Assembly (NCBI RefSeq): GCF_018350175.1
Contig: NC_058368.1
Location: forward strand, 76,324,001-76,388,000
Source of the DNA: Felis catus
Taxonomy: Eukaryota
DNA length: 64,000 nt
Reading direction: 5' to 3'
In this document: positions 51,640 through 63,308 of the stretch, in pieces
How the letters are laid out: each line of letters opens with the position of its first letter
Numbering within the stretch: position 1 is the stretch's first letter
Translations under genes and position numbers: made by a program
Notes under the pieces: model-generated
Databases searched by the model: none
The model's input: only the letters and a program-made list of their open reading frames with translations
What the model was told of the DNA's origin: nothing

Positions 51640-52235
51640 TCTCAGTGTCTTCCCTTTCCACCTTACACTCTACTCTGCAAACAGAAGTCAAAAGGATCCT
51701 GTCAGTATGGAAACCAGATGACATCTTGCCTTTGAACAGACCCTCCAAGGGCTCCCTTTTTCTCAGACTGAATGTCGGGTCTTGACAATGGCCTGTCGGG
51801 CCCTACTTGCTCTGGCTCTGGACGTCTCTCTAGGACATCCCCCTCGTCTCATGTTCCAACTCACTGAGCTCACTCCTTCTCTTGCCCCAGGACCTTTGCA
51901 CTCCTCAGCTCCCTGCCTGGAAAGTTCTGCCTCCCATAGCCGAAAGGCTTAATCAGCCACCAAGTTCAGGCTTCTGTACAATTGTCACCTCACCCTATGG
52001 CTTCTCTTGACAGGCCTGAGACAGCACACACACCGACACTGTCTGCCCCATTTCCCCTCCTTGCCTTGTCTTCACAGCACAGTACCTTGGGCCGACACAG
52101 GTGTATGTCTTGTCTTTCTCTCCCCCAGTAAAACTTGACAACAAGAATCACAGCCCTCATCCCCTTGCTTTATTGTTACGACTCCTAAGGATGTCCAACA
52201 CATAACAGGTGTTCAGTAATCGTTGACTAATGACA
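51640..52235 (+). mobile_element. L2 relic (3' region)
   Basis: ccccaggacctttgcac...cctgcctggaa.gttct...cataacaggtgttcagtaa..gttgactaatga (L2 3' terminus). Confidence 0.7.
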
Positions 52236-53519
52236 TGACTAAAACCATCGTCCCCATGCGCATAACTCACACACCACACCAGTTTTTAAACCTTGATGAT
52301 AACCTCGTGAGTCGGTATCGTGAACCCTTCGCTTGGAAAGATCAGGAAATGATGGGATGCTGGAGGCACATCGACTTCCCCAGTCTGGGATCTGGCCCCC
52401 ACCTCTGCTGACTGCTGCGGAGAGGAGAAAAATCACCAGCGCCTGTGCTAATTCTGACGTCCCTCGGTAAAATAACACCCTTATGTTTACGACTATTATG
52501 TATAGGAACCTCTGAAGGATGGCCAAAAGCCATTGGAAATTGTAAGGTTTCTCGGGCCCATCCACGGCACCTTGGGTCTCAACTCGGTTGGTGACATTCT
52601 AAGCAAGACCGCTTGAAATTACGGAGTCTTACAATGTCGCTTGTCTTGAAGGGGACAAAATAAAAGGGGGAGCAAGAGAGAGAATGAAAGAAAGGAAGAA
52701 AGAAAAACTTCCCCTCACCAGATACACTGAAACAGAACTGTCAAATGCAGCAAAATCTTGTAAAACGTTCCTCCGCTGTAGGCCGTAGACTAGAACTGTA
52801 ATAAACTCTGACCCATAAAAAGTCATGTAAACATTATAACCTGTTTTTACTAGCCCTTTAAGCACGGGGAGCAATTGATCTAAAACAGCTTGGCTCTCCT
52901 ATGTTCCCAAGTCTCCGGGAGAAGCCAGCCTCCAACATGGGTGTTCAAATGCCTCCGGCGCTGAAAGCCAAAAATAGGAACGAGCTCGAAATCGCAGCTC
53001 TTTAGCTATTTGCCCTGGGCAGATGTTTGATATTTCCAAGAGCAAAACATCCAAAAGGAAAGCGACTGCAACACCTATTGCCGCGGAATTATTTAATTCG
53101 CAGCGCCCATAACCGAAATAAATAGCCACGTGGTCCCGGGCCGCTGGTTTGAGCTGTCCCTAAAAATCACACTAAGAAAGTCTGTCGTGCAATAAAAGTA
53201 GTCACATCACTGCCTCAGGACAGATCGGCTCCGACTGTCTCCCTACGGCTAAAAAGCTTTACCGTATAAAATATAAATGTGGAAACATTCAAGTGAGATT
53301 TTCACAGGTATCAACATGAACACTCCTTCCATCACCCATGTGCGGAATGCTAGTTAAGCCTCCCTTGAAAGTGCCCTTTTCCTCTCCACTCCTAGCATCC
53401 AAAAGAAATGCAACAGAACACAGGGAAATTAGGCATGAAGCCTAGAGGTACATCAGCAGCTTATCAATTGTTACACGTTTTCCAGCCTTTTTTTAACAGT
53501 CCTTTCAAGGGATCTAGTG

Positions 53520-54000
53520 TCTATGAGTCGGCCTTAGTTGCCAAGCGGATGGTCAGGTGGCCCAGAGCAGAGTCAGCACAGTTCCGGAACAGAGGCGTTG
53601 GCTAAGTGACGGTGACTCCGAGGTGATGTACCGTCACGGCCGCACAACCACCTCGGCGCGAAACTTTGCTGTCGCGGCTCGTCTCCAGGGGGCCTCACTG
53701 GCACTCGCTCACCCTGCTTCGTTGGTGACATCACGTCACGGATGGGCGGAGGGCCTGAGCTCAGCGAACACTCTCACTGCCTGTACAGAGCCAGGGACAG
53801 CAGCGGAGGCTGGTGAGTGGCACGGGCCCAGCTCTGAAGGCGCTCTGGAAACCCAAGGCATCACAGCGAGCCGCTGCTGTCTGCCTCTGCTCAGACACTC
53901 TGGGCAGCTTGACGAAGGCAGGTGCTCGCATTCCTGACACCCGGTGCAAGAAGCAAAGGGGCCAAGTGGCTGGCTAAGTGCTCAGCGCAAATTGCCGTCA
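53520..54000 (+). promoter_or_regulatory. CpG-rich promoter/enhancer-like segment
   Basis: About 30 CpG in about 480 bp by manual count; TGACATCACGTCA (CRE-like) at 53726 and GGGCGG at 53744; CTG|GTGAGT donor at 53812/53813. Confidence 0.4.
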
Positions 54001-54799
54001 AGCAGAAAAAGAAAACGCAGACCTGGGAAAAGACATTTTATTCACTCACGATCTGAGACTTTTCTGAAATGCTGAGGCAGACATCAAAGTTTTGGTTTTA
54101 TGAATGTGCTTTCCATAAATACATGCATGAATACATTTCGTAACTGGGACAGTAACTTTCCCTATGGAGGATTCATGTTTCCGATTAAAAAAAAAAGAAG
54201 AAAGTGGTAGAAACCCGAATGTATCTCCATTTTTCTCTGCACACAGAAACTTAGCAACGTGCCGAGTTACTAGATTTGAGAGGGGAAAACATTTCTTTCC
54301 ACCTTCTGGTATCCCACAGCACTGCAGAAACAAAACAAACAAACCAAAAAACACCATAATTTACCGACGTACAGTCTCGGTGGACCACTCAGACCCAGGA
54401 GATCGGCTGGTTAAGATGTTATCTCCGTTTTTGAGATGTACAAAACTGAGGGGTGTGGGGGAGTTATTTATAACCTCAAACGTTTAGTGTTCTTTCCACG
54501 GTGGCAAATTCGATGTCAACACCCCAGGTCCCCCATTGGCTGCTGTTCTCTTTTCTGACCATCCTTCTTGAACAGAAGCAGGTGAAGGCGATAACCAGAG
54601 AGAAGAGACTCCACCCAGAAAGAACCGTCCCATTTTCTAAACCGTGGGCTGGTGCTCCATCTACTATCCATGATGAACGTAATCCTTCTATCTTCTCAAA
54701 ATAGAGAAACTGCTCCATATTTATCACTACACTTGGATTCTGATGAGTGCTCCATGGAATATTTGGGGGAATTAACACTTGAGATCAAATAAATATGGT

Positions 54800-54990
54800 T
54801 ATCCCGAGTGTTTGTTATGTGCCGGGCACAACGCAGAATGCTTTCCGTGGATCTCATTTAAACCTCGTAAAATATACATAAAATAGGTTCTGTGATTATT
54901 CCCATTGCACAGCCATGGGAATTGAGGCACCAAGGGGTTAAGTGACTGGCCTCGGGTCACACGGCTTATAAAGGAAGACAGCAGGACAAA
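54800..54990 (-). mobile_element. MIR
   Basis: tatgtgccgggcac...atctcatttaa.cctc...attattcccatt...ttgaggcac...ggttaagtgact.gcc...ggtcacac. Confidence 0.8.
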
Positions 54991-55029
54991 TACCCCAGTT
55001 TTAAATCACTGCATTGTGCAGACAGCAAC

Positions 55030-55351
55030 TGCTATAGACTGAAAATTTGTCTTGAACCCTCATCCAGGTGATGGTATTTCGAGGTGGCTGGGTCATAAGC
55101 ATGGAACCCTCATGAATGGCATCTGTGCCCTTCTGATGAGCCCTCAGAGAGCTTCCTCACCTATCCTGCTAGGTAAGGACACAGCAAGAAGATGGTCGTC
55201 TATGAACCAGGAAGAACCCTTACCAGACACCGAATCTACCAGTGTCTTGCTCTTGAACTTGAACTCCCCAGACTGTGACAAATAATTTGTTGTTCATAAG
55301 CCCTCCAGTCTATGACTATTCTGTTATGGCAGAATCTCATGGACCAAGTCA
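55030..55351 (+). mobile_element. MLT1A-type solo LTR
   Basis: Begins TGCTATAGACTGAA; ggacacagcaagaagatgg, tatgaaccaggaag, ccagacaccgaatct; ends ...CA. Confidence 0.88.
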
Positions 55352-58300
55352 AAAATACAGTCAAAGGTTATAGCCACTTCGTGTTCGGACCTGCATCAGT
55401 GTGTTTACTTGTATAAACAGGTGGAGATACAAGGTGAACAACATTTGGCGGATCCGCAAATAAACTAACGGGTCTTTTCTCTCCACCTCAGGAAAATGAC
55501 GAGGGCATTTGGGGCAGACGAGGTCTCTATGCCGACTGGGTAGCATTTAAGTGTCACGTGAGAAGGTGACAATGAAACAAGGGGCTGGAAAGGGAAAGAG
55601 GAGCAGAGAAGGGAGAAGGGAGGACGGAGGGAACGTGCTCTATCCATGGCATGATTCCCAGGCTCCCCATTTGCATATTTCCACAGCCACAGCAGATTAA
55701 ATGCCCTTTAAGGAATGGTTCCAGAACAGGATCTGGGGAACAGCACCATCACATCAACTTCTACTTCTTGGGTAGAAGCTTGGACCAGAGAAGAGACTTC
55801 TCCGGTTTCTCCCATGGGTTAGTCTCCTCAGCACAGAAAAATAACGCTTCTCCATTTTTATTCGTCCCTGGCATACGCACGGTACCGTGAAAACTGTAAA
55901 GAAGGGTGGTGCTTGCCCACCGGGCCGCACTTAGACTCTCAGGAAGAGAGGAACCTGCCATCGTCCCTCTCAGGATGAAAGAAGAGATTAAGAAACATGC
56001 GGATAAATAAACACCTTCAAAGCCTGAGACTCCGTGTAGGAACATTACAAATTACCTACTGTCGTTCTCTCCTTCTCAAGGTCACAACGGAGAAAACGGG
56101 AGGATGAACTAAGCTTCCAACCACATGGCGTTATTTGTGTTTTCGTAAAGGGATCGTTAACCTTTCGAAATGATCAGAGCAGGTGAAATGGGTAAGCTCG
56201 TTCATGAACACCAGCAGCGGCCACGTGAACAGAATACAGCAGCGATGTGTATGTAGCTATGTGTATGCTTCTAATGAAAATCAAGTTGGATTCCACAGTA
56301 TGTGTGGCAGGATCTTACCTAACAGTAGTTTATTTGGGCCAGTTGAGAGGGCAGGTTATAGAAGAAGCCTGAAAGAGTCTACTTTGGATGAGAAACTGTC
56401 TTGCCTTTCCCCCAAGGAGAGAGTGGGCAAGAATGGGGCACCAGGGCAGAAACACAGAGAAGGTGGATCCGTATTTCACTGATCGTCTGCAATTTGGCAG
56501 ACTGGTGTTTTGGCCAAGGACCACCGTGTCTGTGGCCGTGAAAAAGCCTTCAAAAAATCATGTCCGGACATTTCAGATGAGTGGCTTGACGTGAGTCAGG
56601 ATTTATATGAAAACATGTGTCCACACTTTGGGTTTAACCCACTGTATGTCCTGCATTGTTTTTCAAGTTCATGGGTCCGAAAGTTGGCTGGGAAGGACAT
56701 CTCCAGCCTGATCTTCCCTGAGAGTCGGTTCTAAGGATGAGGTGGCCTGAGTTACTAAGGACAGATGCTGGTGGTTGCTTCATGAATCCCCGCACAAAGG
56801 AAACACGGAAGCTCACAGTCTGAGGCCGTCCACACTCTCAGCTGGAAATTGGGGGCCAGAATGAGCTCCCAGCAAGTGAGAAGCAGCATATTCCTCTCTT
56901 TTCCTCTGGAACATGTCCATTAACAGATTTAAGAGGGCAATTTAGCAGTGGTCTTGGAAGAGAGGTAGAGAAGTGAGGCTGATGGTCATTTCGCCTGCCT
57001 CCTGTTTGGTGATTTGAAAGGATCTAGGCGTCTTCAGTTCTGTCTCGACTATCAGACCGTGAAAAGAGAGGAAAAGCTAATGGCCGACTCTGACTTGAGG
57101 TTTACGAAGTGCCAGGCACTCTTCTGAGAGCTTTGCGTGTGTTAACACTGAGCTATCTACCGGTCCTACTCCAGAGGGAAGAGAATCCAAGGTCACATCC
57201 AAATCACCGCATGCAGGTCTCTGTGTAGACAGACGATTCGTGCATTAGGGTTAGCAGACTACCATCACTTCGGATGGTTTCCGGAAAAATTGGGGGAATT
57301 CATTTCTAATTAGAGATTCATAAACTTTAGATGCCTGTCTAGGTTTAATGTGTTGATGAAAAAATACAAAGTTTCACAGCTTACTGTAAAGTAAATGACT
57401 ACCTCAATCCTAGGAAATAGCTAAGTAGTAAGATAAATAAAACTCTTGATGGGAGGAATAAATTTCGTATATGAGCAAATTCAGGGATAATTCCAGCAGG
57501 CCTGAGGCTGGCGCCACCTGGGGCAGAGGGGCGGTGGGGAGGGGGGGGGGGGAAGGTGCCTTTGGAATAGGACAGAAAGGCTAGAGAGGCCAAGGAGGGT
57601 CCTGTTAATTATGTAGGACCCTGAAATCCCTGGGATCAGTGTCTCACTTTGGATAAACAACCAGTGATTCCCAGCAAGGTCATTGAACGCAGCCCAACCT
57701 GCCTGCCTCCGGGTTCCCGGAAGGTTCGATGTTATCGAAAGCCTTCCTCATTTGGGAGCAGCAATGGCACAGCAAGGCTGGATTTGGGGGAGCAGACAAA
57801 CCCTGGCTGGGCAGGATGTCATCCCAGAACCCAGTAAAATGGGCAGTTTCATACCGTTTCATACCTCTGGAGTCCCCGGGGAGAAAGGAATCAAAGGAAA
57901 CAGCAGGAACCTGAAAGTGTTGTTTCTGCAATTTGAAAGCAGCCTGGGATTTACTCCCACATAGTTTACTCACCTGAAAGAGTAACCCTATAAATCCCAC
58001 GTGGAAGACGGCCTGTCTCTGCATAATCCCATGCAGAGCACCCCACCCCCAGATTCCCAGCCAGCACCCAGGCACTCTCTCCCTCGGCTGTAACACCCTT
58101 GCCAACAAAGTTCAGGAGACACAGAGCAGCTCTATCAGAATAAATCCGAGTGTGTGGGGACGGACTGAGGGACACAAATGACTCCCCCGAAGCTTACCAG
58201 GCTTCCTTCCTGCGTTTGCATGACTCTGTTACTGGAAGACCTTCTGGGGGCCCAAGTGGCCTGGGCTTGTCAGGGAATCCTTCTCCTGGGGCATTGGGGG

Positions 58301-60224
58301 TGCGGAATGCCACCACCCAGACATTAAACCAGAAGAGACGAGAAATCTTCCCGGCAATAAATCTCTAGAACAAGACTTGAGAGCCTTTCACTACAGTCTG
58401 CTCTTTCGGGGGGGGGGGGGATGATTTATATGAAATAAATTAGGGCACAAATTTTGTAAGTTTCTCTTCCCCGTATTTTTCCTTCTGTGTTAACAAAAAC
58501 AAATTCCTTTGATGTTTTGCAGTTTCTTTGTTTCTCTGTTGTGTTCGCTGTTGAGTTTTTGTTTTTGTCGTGTTAAGTTTTGGAGGAAAAAAAAAACCTC
58601 TCAAATATCAGATTTGAAAGTACAAAATCTGGCACTTGAGACACCAAATGCTTTTGTTTTTAGGTATCGCAAAACGCACAGATGTTTTGGAATACGCAAT
58701 CAGTCTCAGGGACAGTTCTAGAAGAAAATAGCAAGTCAGGAGAATTCTCGCGAAATTCATGTTTGGTTCTTAGAATCGGGCCGCCTTTCTTCGGTGGCCC
58801 CATCTCTGTCCATCCTCCTTCCCCAGTTACGGGAACCTGCGTGGTGTTTAACTACTCAGAGTCTCCAGAGTGGAGGCCTGCGCAGAGGGCGGGGGCACAT
58901 CGCCTACCCTCTCCCCCACCTATTTCCCAATCTGTCGCCAAGGAGAAAGAGGAGGCGGCTGAGTTCATTTGCGTGAGGGCAGCATTAGCTAAGACGCGAT
59001 CAAACGCTTAATTCGCACCAGGGGAACACGTATCAACAGAAGACGACATCATCCTGAAGGGTGACGATGAAATGTGTGGACGGGGTTCCTGGAAAGGTCG
59101 AGTTCCTGCACAACACAGGGGACACCAATGAGAGCTGCCTCCATGCTACGCTTGTCTGTCCATCCTAGTCCAATGAAAATCTCACCGGTACTTTTGCAAA
59201 ACTCACGTTCCTAATTCTGGCACTATGGATTGAAAGCCTTTATTAGCCATTCTGCCTTTATGGTAACTGATTAATGCCATATAAAACGCAAATCGTTATA
59301 AAAGCAGCATCCAAGGCTTCCCGTCAAAGAAGAACATTCATACCTCTTTCACATCTTTTTAAATATTTTATTCCCACTCTGTTGCTTTTCACACTATATA
59401 ATTCAGTCATAAAATGCAATTGGCTTACAGAACAGTTTTCACGTAGATATGTCTCGGACACGTACCCTCGCCGAAACGATCAGAATAAAGTAGATGGTAT
59501 TTTAAGCTTTTGTTATAAACTTGAATGAAGTTTTGCTTGGCTGTTGTATAAAAGGTATTTGAAGTATTAACTGCATTTATCATGCATTTTTCACACCAAA
59601 TATTATTTCATAAGAAATAATATCACATTAGGTCAAACCCATGGTTTTTACTCAACTGGTGTTCTATTTGGACATGCACTGAAATATTTATAGAATCTAA
59701 TAGAAAAGGATAATATAACAGGTCTTGAAAATCTATACCCTATCAGAACGTCCATCTCTGCTAACACCTTGGGTGGGCTGGCATGAAATACAAATTACAC
59801 TATTAAATCTTGAAAAGGTTTGAAGAAAATCCGGAATGAATTCTAGGTATTTAGATCAGTTTCAAGGTACTTTTTTTAAGAGGAAAAATCAAACATATAA
59901 ATAAGTGGAATATCATTTGGTGAATGGATTGACGTATGAAATATTAAAAACTAAAAGATTTGAGATCACTTATTTTTTGAGGTGACATTTGAGACTTGGA
60001 TTAGAATTACAGATTTGACATCTACAGATATATCTCTTAACTAGACACAGCTATGATGAAAATATAACTACCCCCCAAAAATCAAGACTTGCTTTCTATA
60101 ATTTACTATGATGAGTGCATCACACTGAAGGCTGAAGGGCTTGAGTTTACTTGTGACTTTTAGCAGCAGGACAAACCCACTTTTAGCTTGTATATCAGCA
60201 ATACCTTCCTTAAACATTCTTTCT

Positions 60225-61100
60225 TTTTCCAGATTTTTATTTAAATTCTAGTTAGTTAACAGATAGTGTAATAATGGTTTCAAGAGTAGAATTTAGCATT
60301 TCATGACTTGCATATAACACCTAGTGCTCAACACAAGTGCCCTCCTAAATGCCCATCACCCATTTAGCCATCCCCCACCCACTTCCCTCCATCAACGCTG
60401 TTTGTTCTCTATTGTTAAGAGTCTCTTATGGTTCGTTTCCCTCTCTCTTTCCACCCCTCCTTCCAATATGCTGATCTCTTTTGTTTCTTAAATCCCATCC
60501 GTGAATGAAATCATATGATATTGCTCTTTCTCTGCCTGACTTATTTCACTTAGCATAATATACCCTAGCTCCACGTTGTTGCCAATGGCACATAGTTGCC
60601 AATGGCAAGATTTCATTCCTTTGGATGCCTGAGTAATATTCCATTGTGTGTGTGTGTATACGCATATGTATATATATATCTATATATGTACATATATTTT
60701 TATATATGCGTCCTCCTCTTTATCCTTTCATCAGTCAATGGACATTTGGACTCCCTCTAAAGTTTGGCTATTATTGATAATGCTGTATCAACATTGGGGT
60801 GCGTGTGCCCCTTCGAAGCTGTATTTTTGTATCCTTTGGGTAAATACCTAGTAGTGCAGTTATTGGATCATCGGGTAGTTCTATTTCTAACTTTTTGAGG
60901 ACCTTCCATACTGTTTTCCACAGTGGCTGCCCCAGTTTGCGTTCCCACCAACAGTCCAAGAGGGTTCCCCTTTCTCCACATCCTCGCCAACAACCGTTGT
61001 TTCTTGTGTTAATTTTAGCCACTCTGGCAGGTGTGAGGTGATATCTCACTGTGGTTTTGCCTTGTATTTCCCTGATGATAACGTTGAGCATCTTTTCACG
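60225..61100 (-). mobile_element. 5'-truncated carnivore LINE-1 3' end, with (TG)/(TA) microsatellite at 60645-60708
   Basis: 3'UTR aaattctagttagttaac; ORF2 C-terminal [16 protein letters not shown] in the minus-strand ORF. Confidence 0.95.
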
Positions 61101-61185
61101 CATATACTTATTTTCATTCAATACAACTCATGTGTGCACAGGAAGATTGATGTGACAGGGATCCTGACAGTGAGTTTGGCTGATT

Positions 61186-61366
61186 ATTTTTAATGTTTAT
61201 ATATTTGAGGCAGGAAGGGGTAGAGAGAGAGGGAGAGAGGGAATTCCAAGCAGGCTCCATTCTCAGCATAGAGCTGATGCAGGACTTGATCTCATGAGCT
61301 CAAGATCAAGGCCTGAGCCAATCATCAAGAGTCCAATGCCTAACCGACTGAGCCCCCCAGGTGCCC
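61186..61366 (-). mobile_element. Can-SINE
   Basis: TSD gagtttggct(g/a)att at 61172-61185 and 61367-61380. Confidence 0.93.
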
Positions 61367-61478
61367 GAGTTTGGCTAATTTTAAGTAAACTTGAATATGT
61401 CAAAGATTACTGACCAAGAGATCATCCTAATACAATCTTTTATTGATTGATTGATTGATTTCAAATGCCTGTCAGTTG

Positions 61479-63308
61479 TTTTTTTTAATATAATTCATTG
61501 TCAAGTTAGCTCACATACAGTGCACACAGCGTGCTCTTGGCTTCAGGGGTAGATTCTTGTGATTCATCACTTATATACAACACCCAGTGCTCATGTCAAC
61601 AAGTGCCCTCCTCAAGGCCCGTCACCCAATGTCCCCTCTCCCCTGCCCCGCCCAATCAACCCTCAGTTTGTTCTCTGTATTTAAGAGTCTCTTAAGGTTT
61701 GCCTCCCTCTCTGTTTGAAACTATTTTTTCCCTTTCCCTTCCCCCACGGTCTTTTGTTAAGTTTCTCAAGTTCCACATATGAGTGAAAACATATAATATC
61801 TTTCTTTTCTCTGACTCATTTCACTTAGTATAATACCCTGCAGTTCCATCTGTGTTGCTGCAAATGGCAGGATTTCATTCTTTTTCATTGCCAAGTAGTA
61901 TTCCATTGTCTATATGAACCACATCTTCTTTATCTACTCATCAGTTGATGGACATTTAGGCTTTTTCCAAAATTTGGCTATTATTGAAACTGCTGCTATA
62001 AACATTGGGGTACATGTGTCCCTATGAATCCGCACTCTGTATCCTTTGGATAAATCCCTAGTAGTGCTATTGCTGGGTCATAGGGTAGTTCTATTTTTCA
62101 TTTTTTGAGGAACCTCCACACTGTTTTCCAGAGCGGCTGCACCAGTTTGCATTCCCACCAACAGTGCAAGAGGATTCCCGTTTCTCCACATCCTTTCCAG
62201 CATCTGTTGTTTCCTGAGTTGCTAATTTTAGCCACTCTGACTGGTGTGAGGTGGTAACTCAGTGTGGTTTTGATTTATATTTCCCTGAAGATGAGTGATG
62301 TTGAGCATATTTTCATGTGTCTGTTGGCCATCTGGATGTCTTCTTTGGAAAAGTGTCTATTCATGTCTTCTGCCCATTTCTTTACTGGATTATTTGTTTT
62401 TTGGGTGTTGAGTTTGGTAACTTCTTTATAGATTTTGGATAGTAATCCTTTATCTGATATGATATTTGCAAGTATCTTCTCCCATTCTGTTGGTTGCCTT
62501 TTAGTTTTGCTGACCATTTTCTTCACTGTGCAGAAGCTTTTTATCTTGTTGAGGCCCCAATAGTTCATTTTTGCTTTTATTTCCCTTGCCTTTGGAGATG
62601 TGTCGAGTAAGACGTTGCTGCAGTTGAGGCCAAAGAGGTTGTTGCCTGCTTTCTCCTCTAGGGTTTTGATGGTTTCCTGTATCACATATAGGTCTTTCAT
62701 CTGTTTTGAGTTTATTTTTGCATATGGTAGAAGAAAGTGGTCCAGATTCATTCTTCTGCATGTTGCCATCCAGTTCTCCCAGCACCATTTGCTAACGAGA
62801 CTGTCTTTTTTTCCATTGGATACCCTTTCCTGCTTTGTCAAAGATTAGTTGGCCATACTTTTATGGGTCTAGTTCTGGGGTTTCTATTCTATTCCATTGG
62901 TCTATGTGTCTGTTTCTGTGCCAATACCATATTGTCTTGATGATGACAGCTTTGTGGTAGAGACTAAAGTCTGGGATTGTGATGCCTACTGCTTTGGTTT
63001 TCTTCTTCAATATCACTTTGGCTATTCGGAGTCTGTTGTAGTTCCATACAAATTTTAGGATTGTTTGTTCTAGCTTTGAGAAGAATGCTGGTGCAATTTT
63101 GATTGGGATTGCACTGAATGTGTAGATTGGTTTGGGTGGTATTGACATTTTAACAATATTTGTTCTTCCAATCCATGAGCATGGAATGTTTTTCCATTTT
63201 ATTGTGTCTTCTTCAATTTCTTTCATATATTTTCAATAGTTTCCAGCATACAGATCTAACATCTTTGGTTAGATCTATTCCTAGGGATTTTATGGTTCTT
63301 GGTGCAAT
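61479..63308 (-). mobile_element. 5'-truncated felid/carnivore LINE-1 (ORF2 3' part plus 3'UTR)
   Basis: ORFs [53 protein letters not shown] 15/16 at 61429-61444 and 63306-63321. Confidence 0.97.

Noticed and set aside
1513..61366. SINE strand bias (20 plus, 10 minus) as evidence of a host gene direction
   Set aside because: Not significant (two-sided binomial about 0.1), and the L1 copies lie on both strands.
62275..63226. Longest ORF (188 aa) and its 121-aa neighbour as an active or domesticated gene
   Set aside because: Frameshifted pieces of a 5'-truncated L1 ORF2 lacking promoter, ORF1, endonuclease and RT core.
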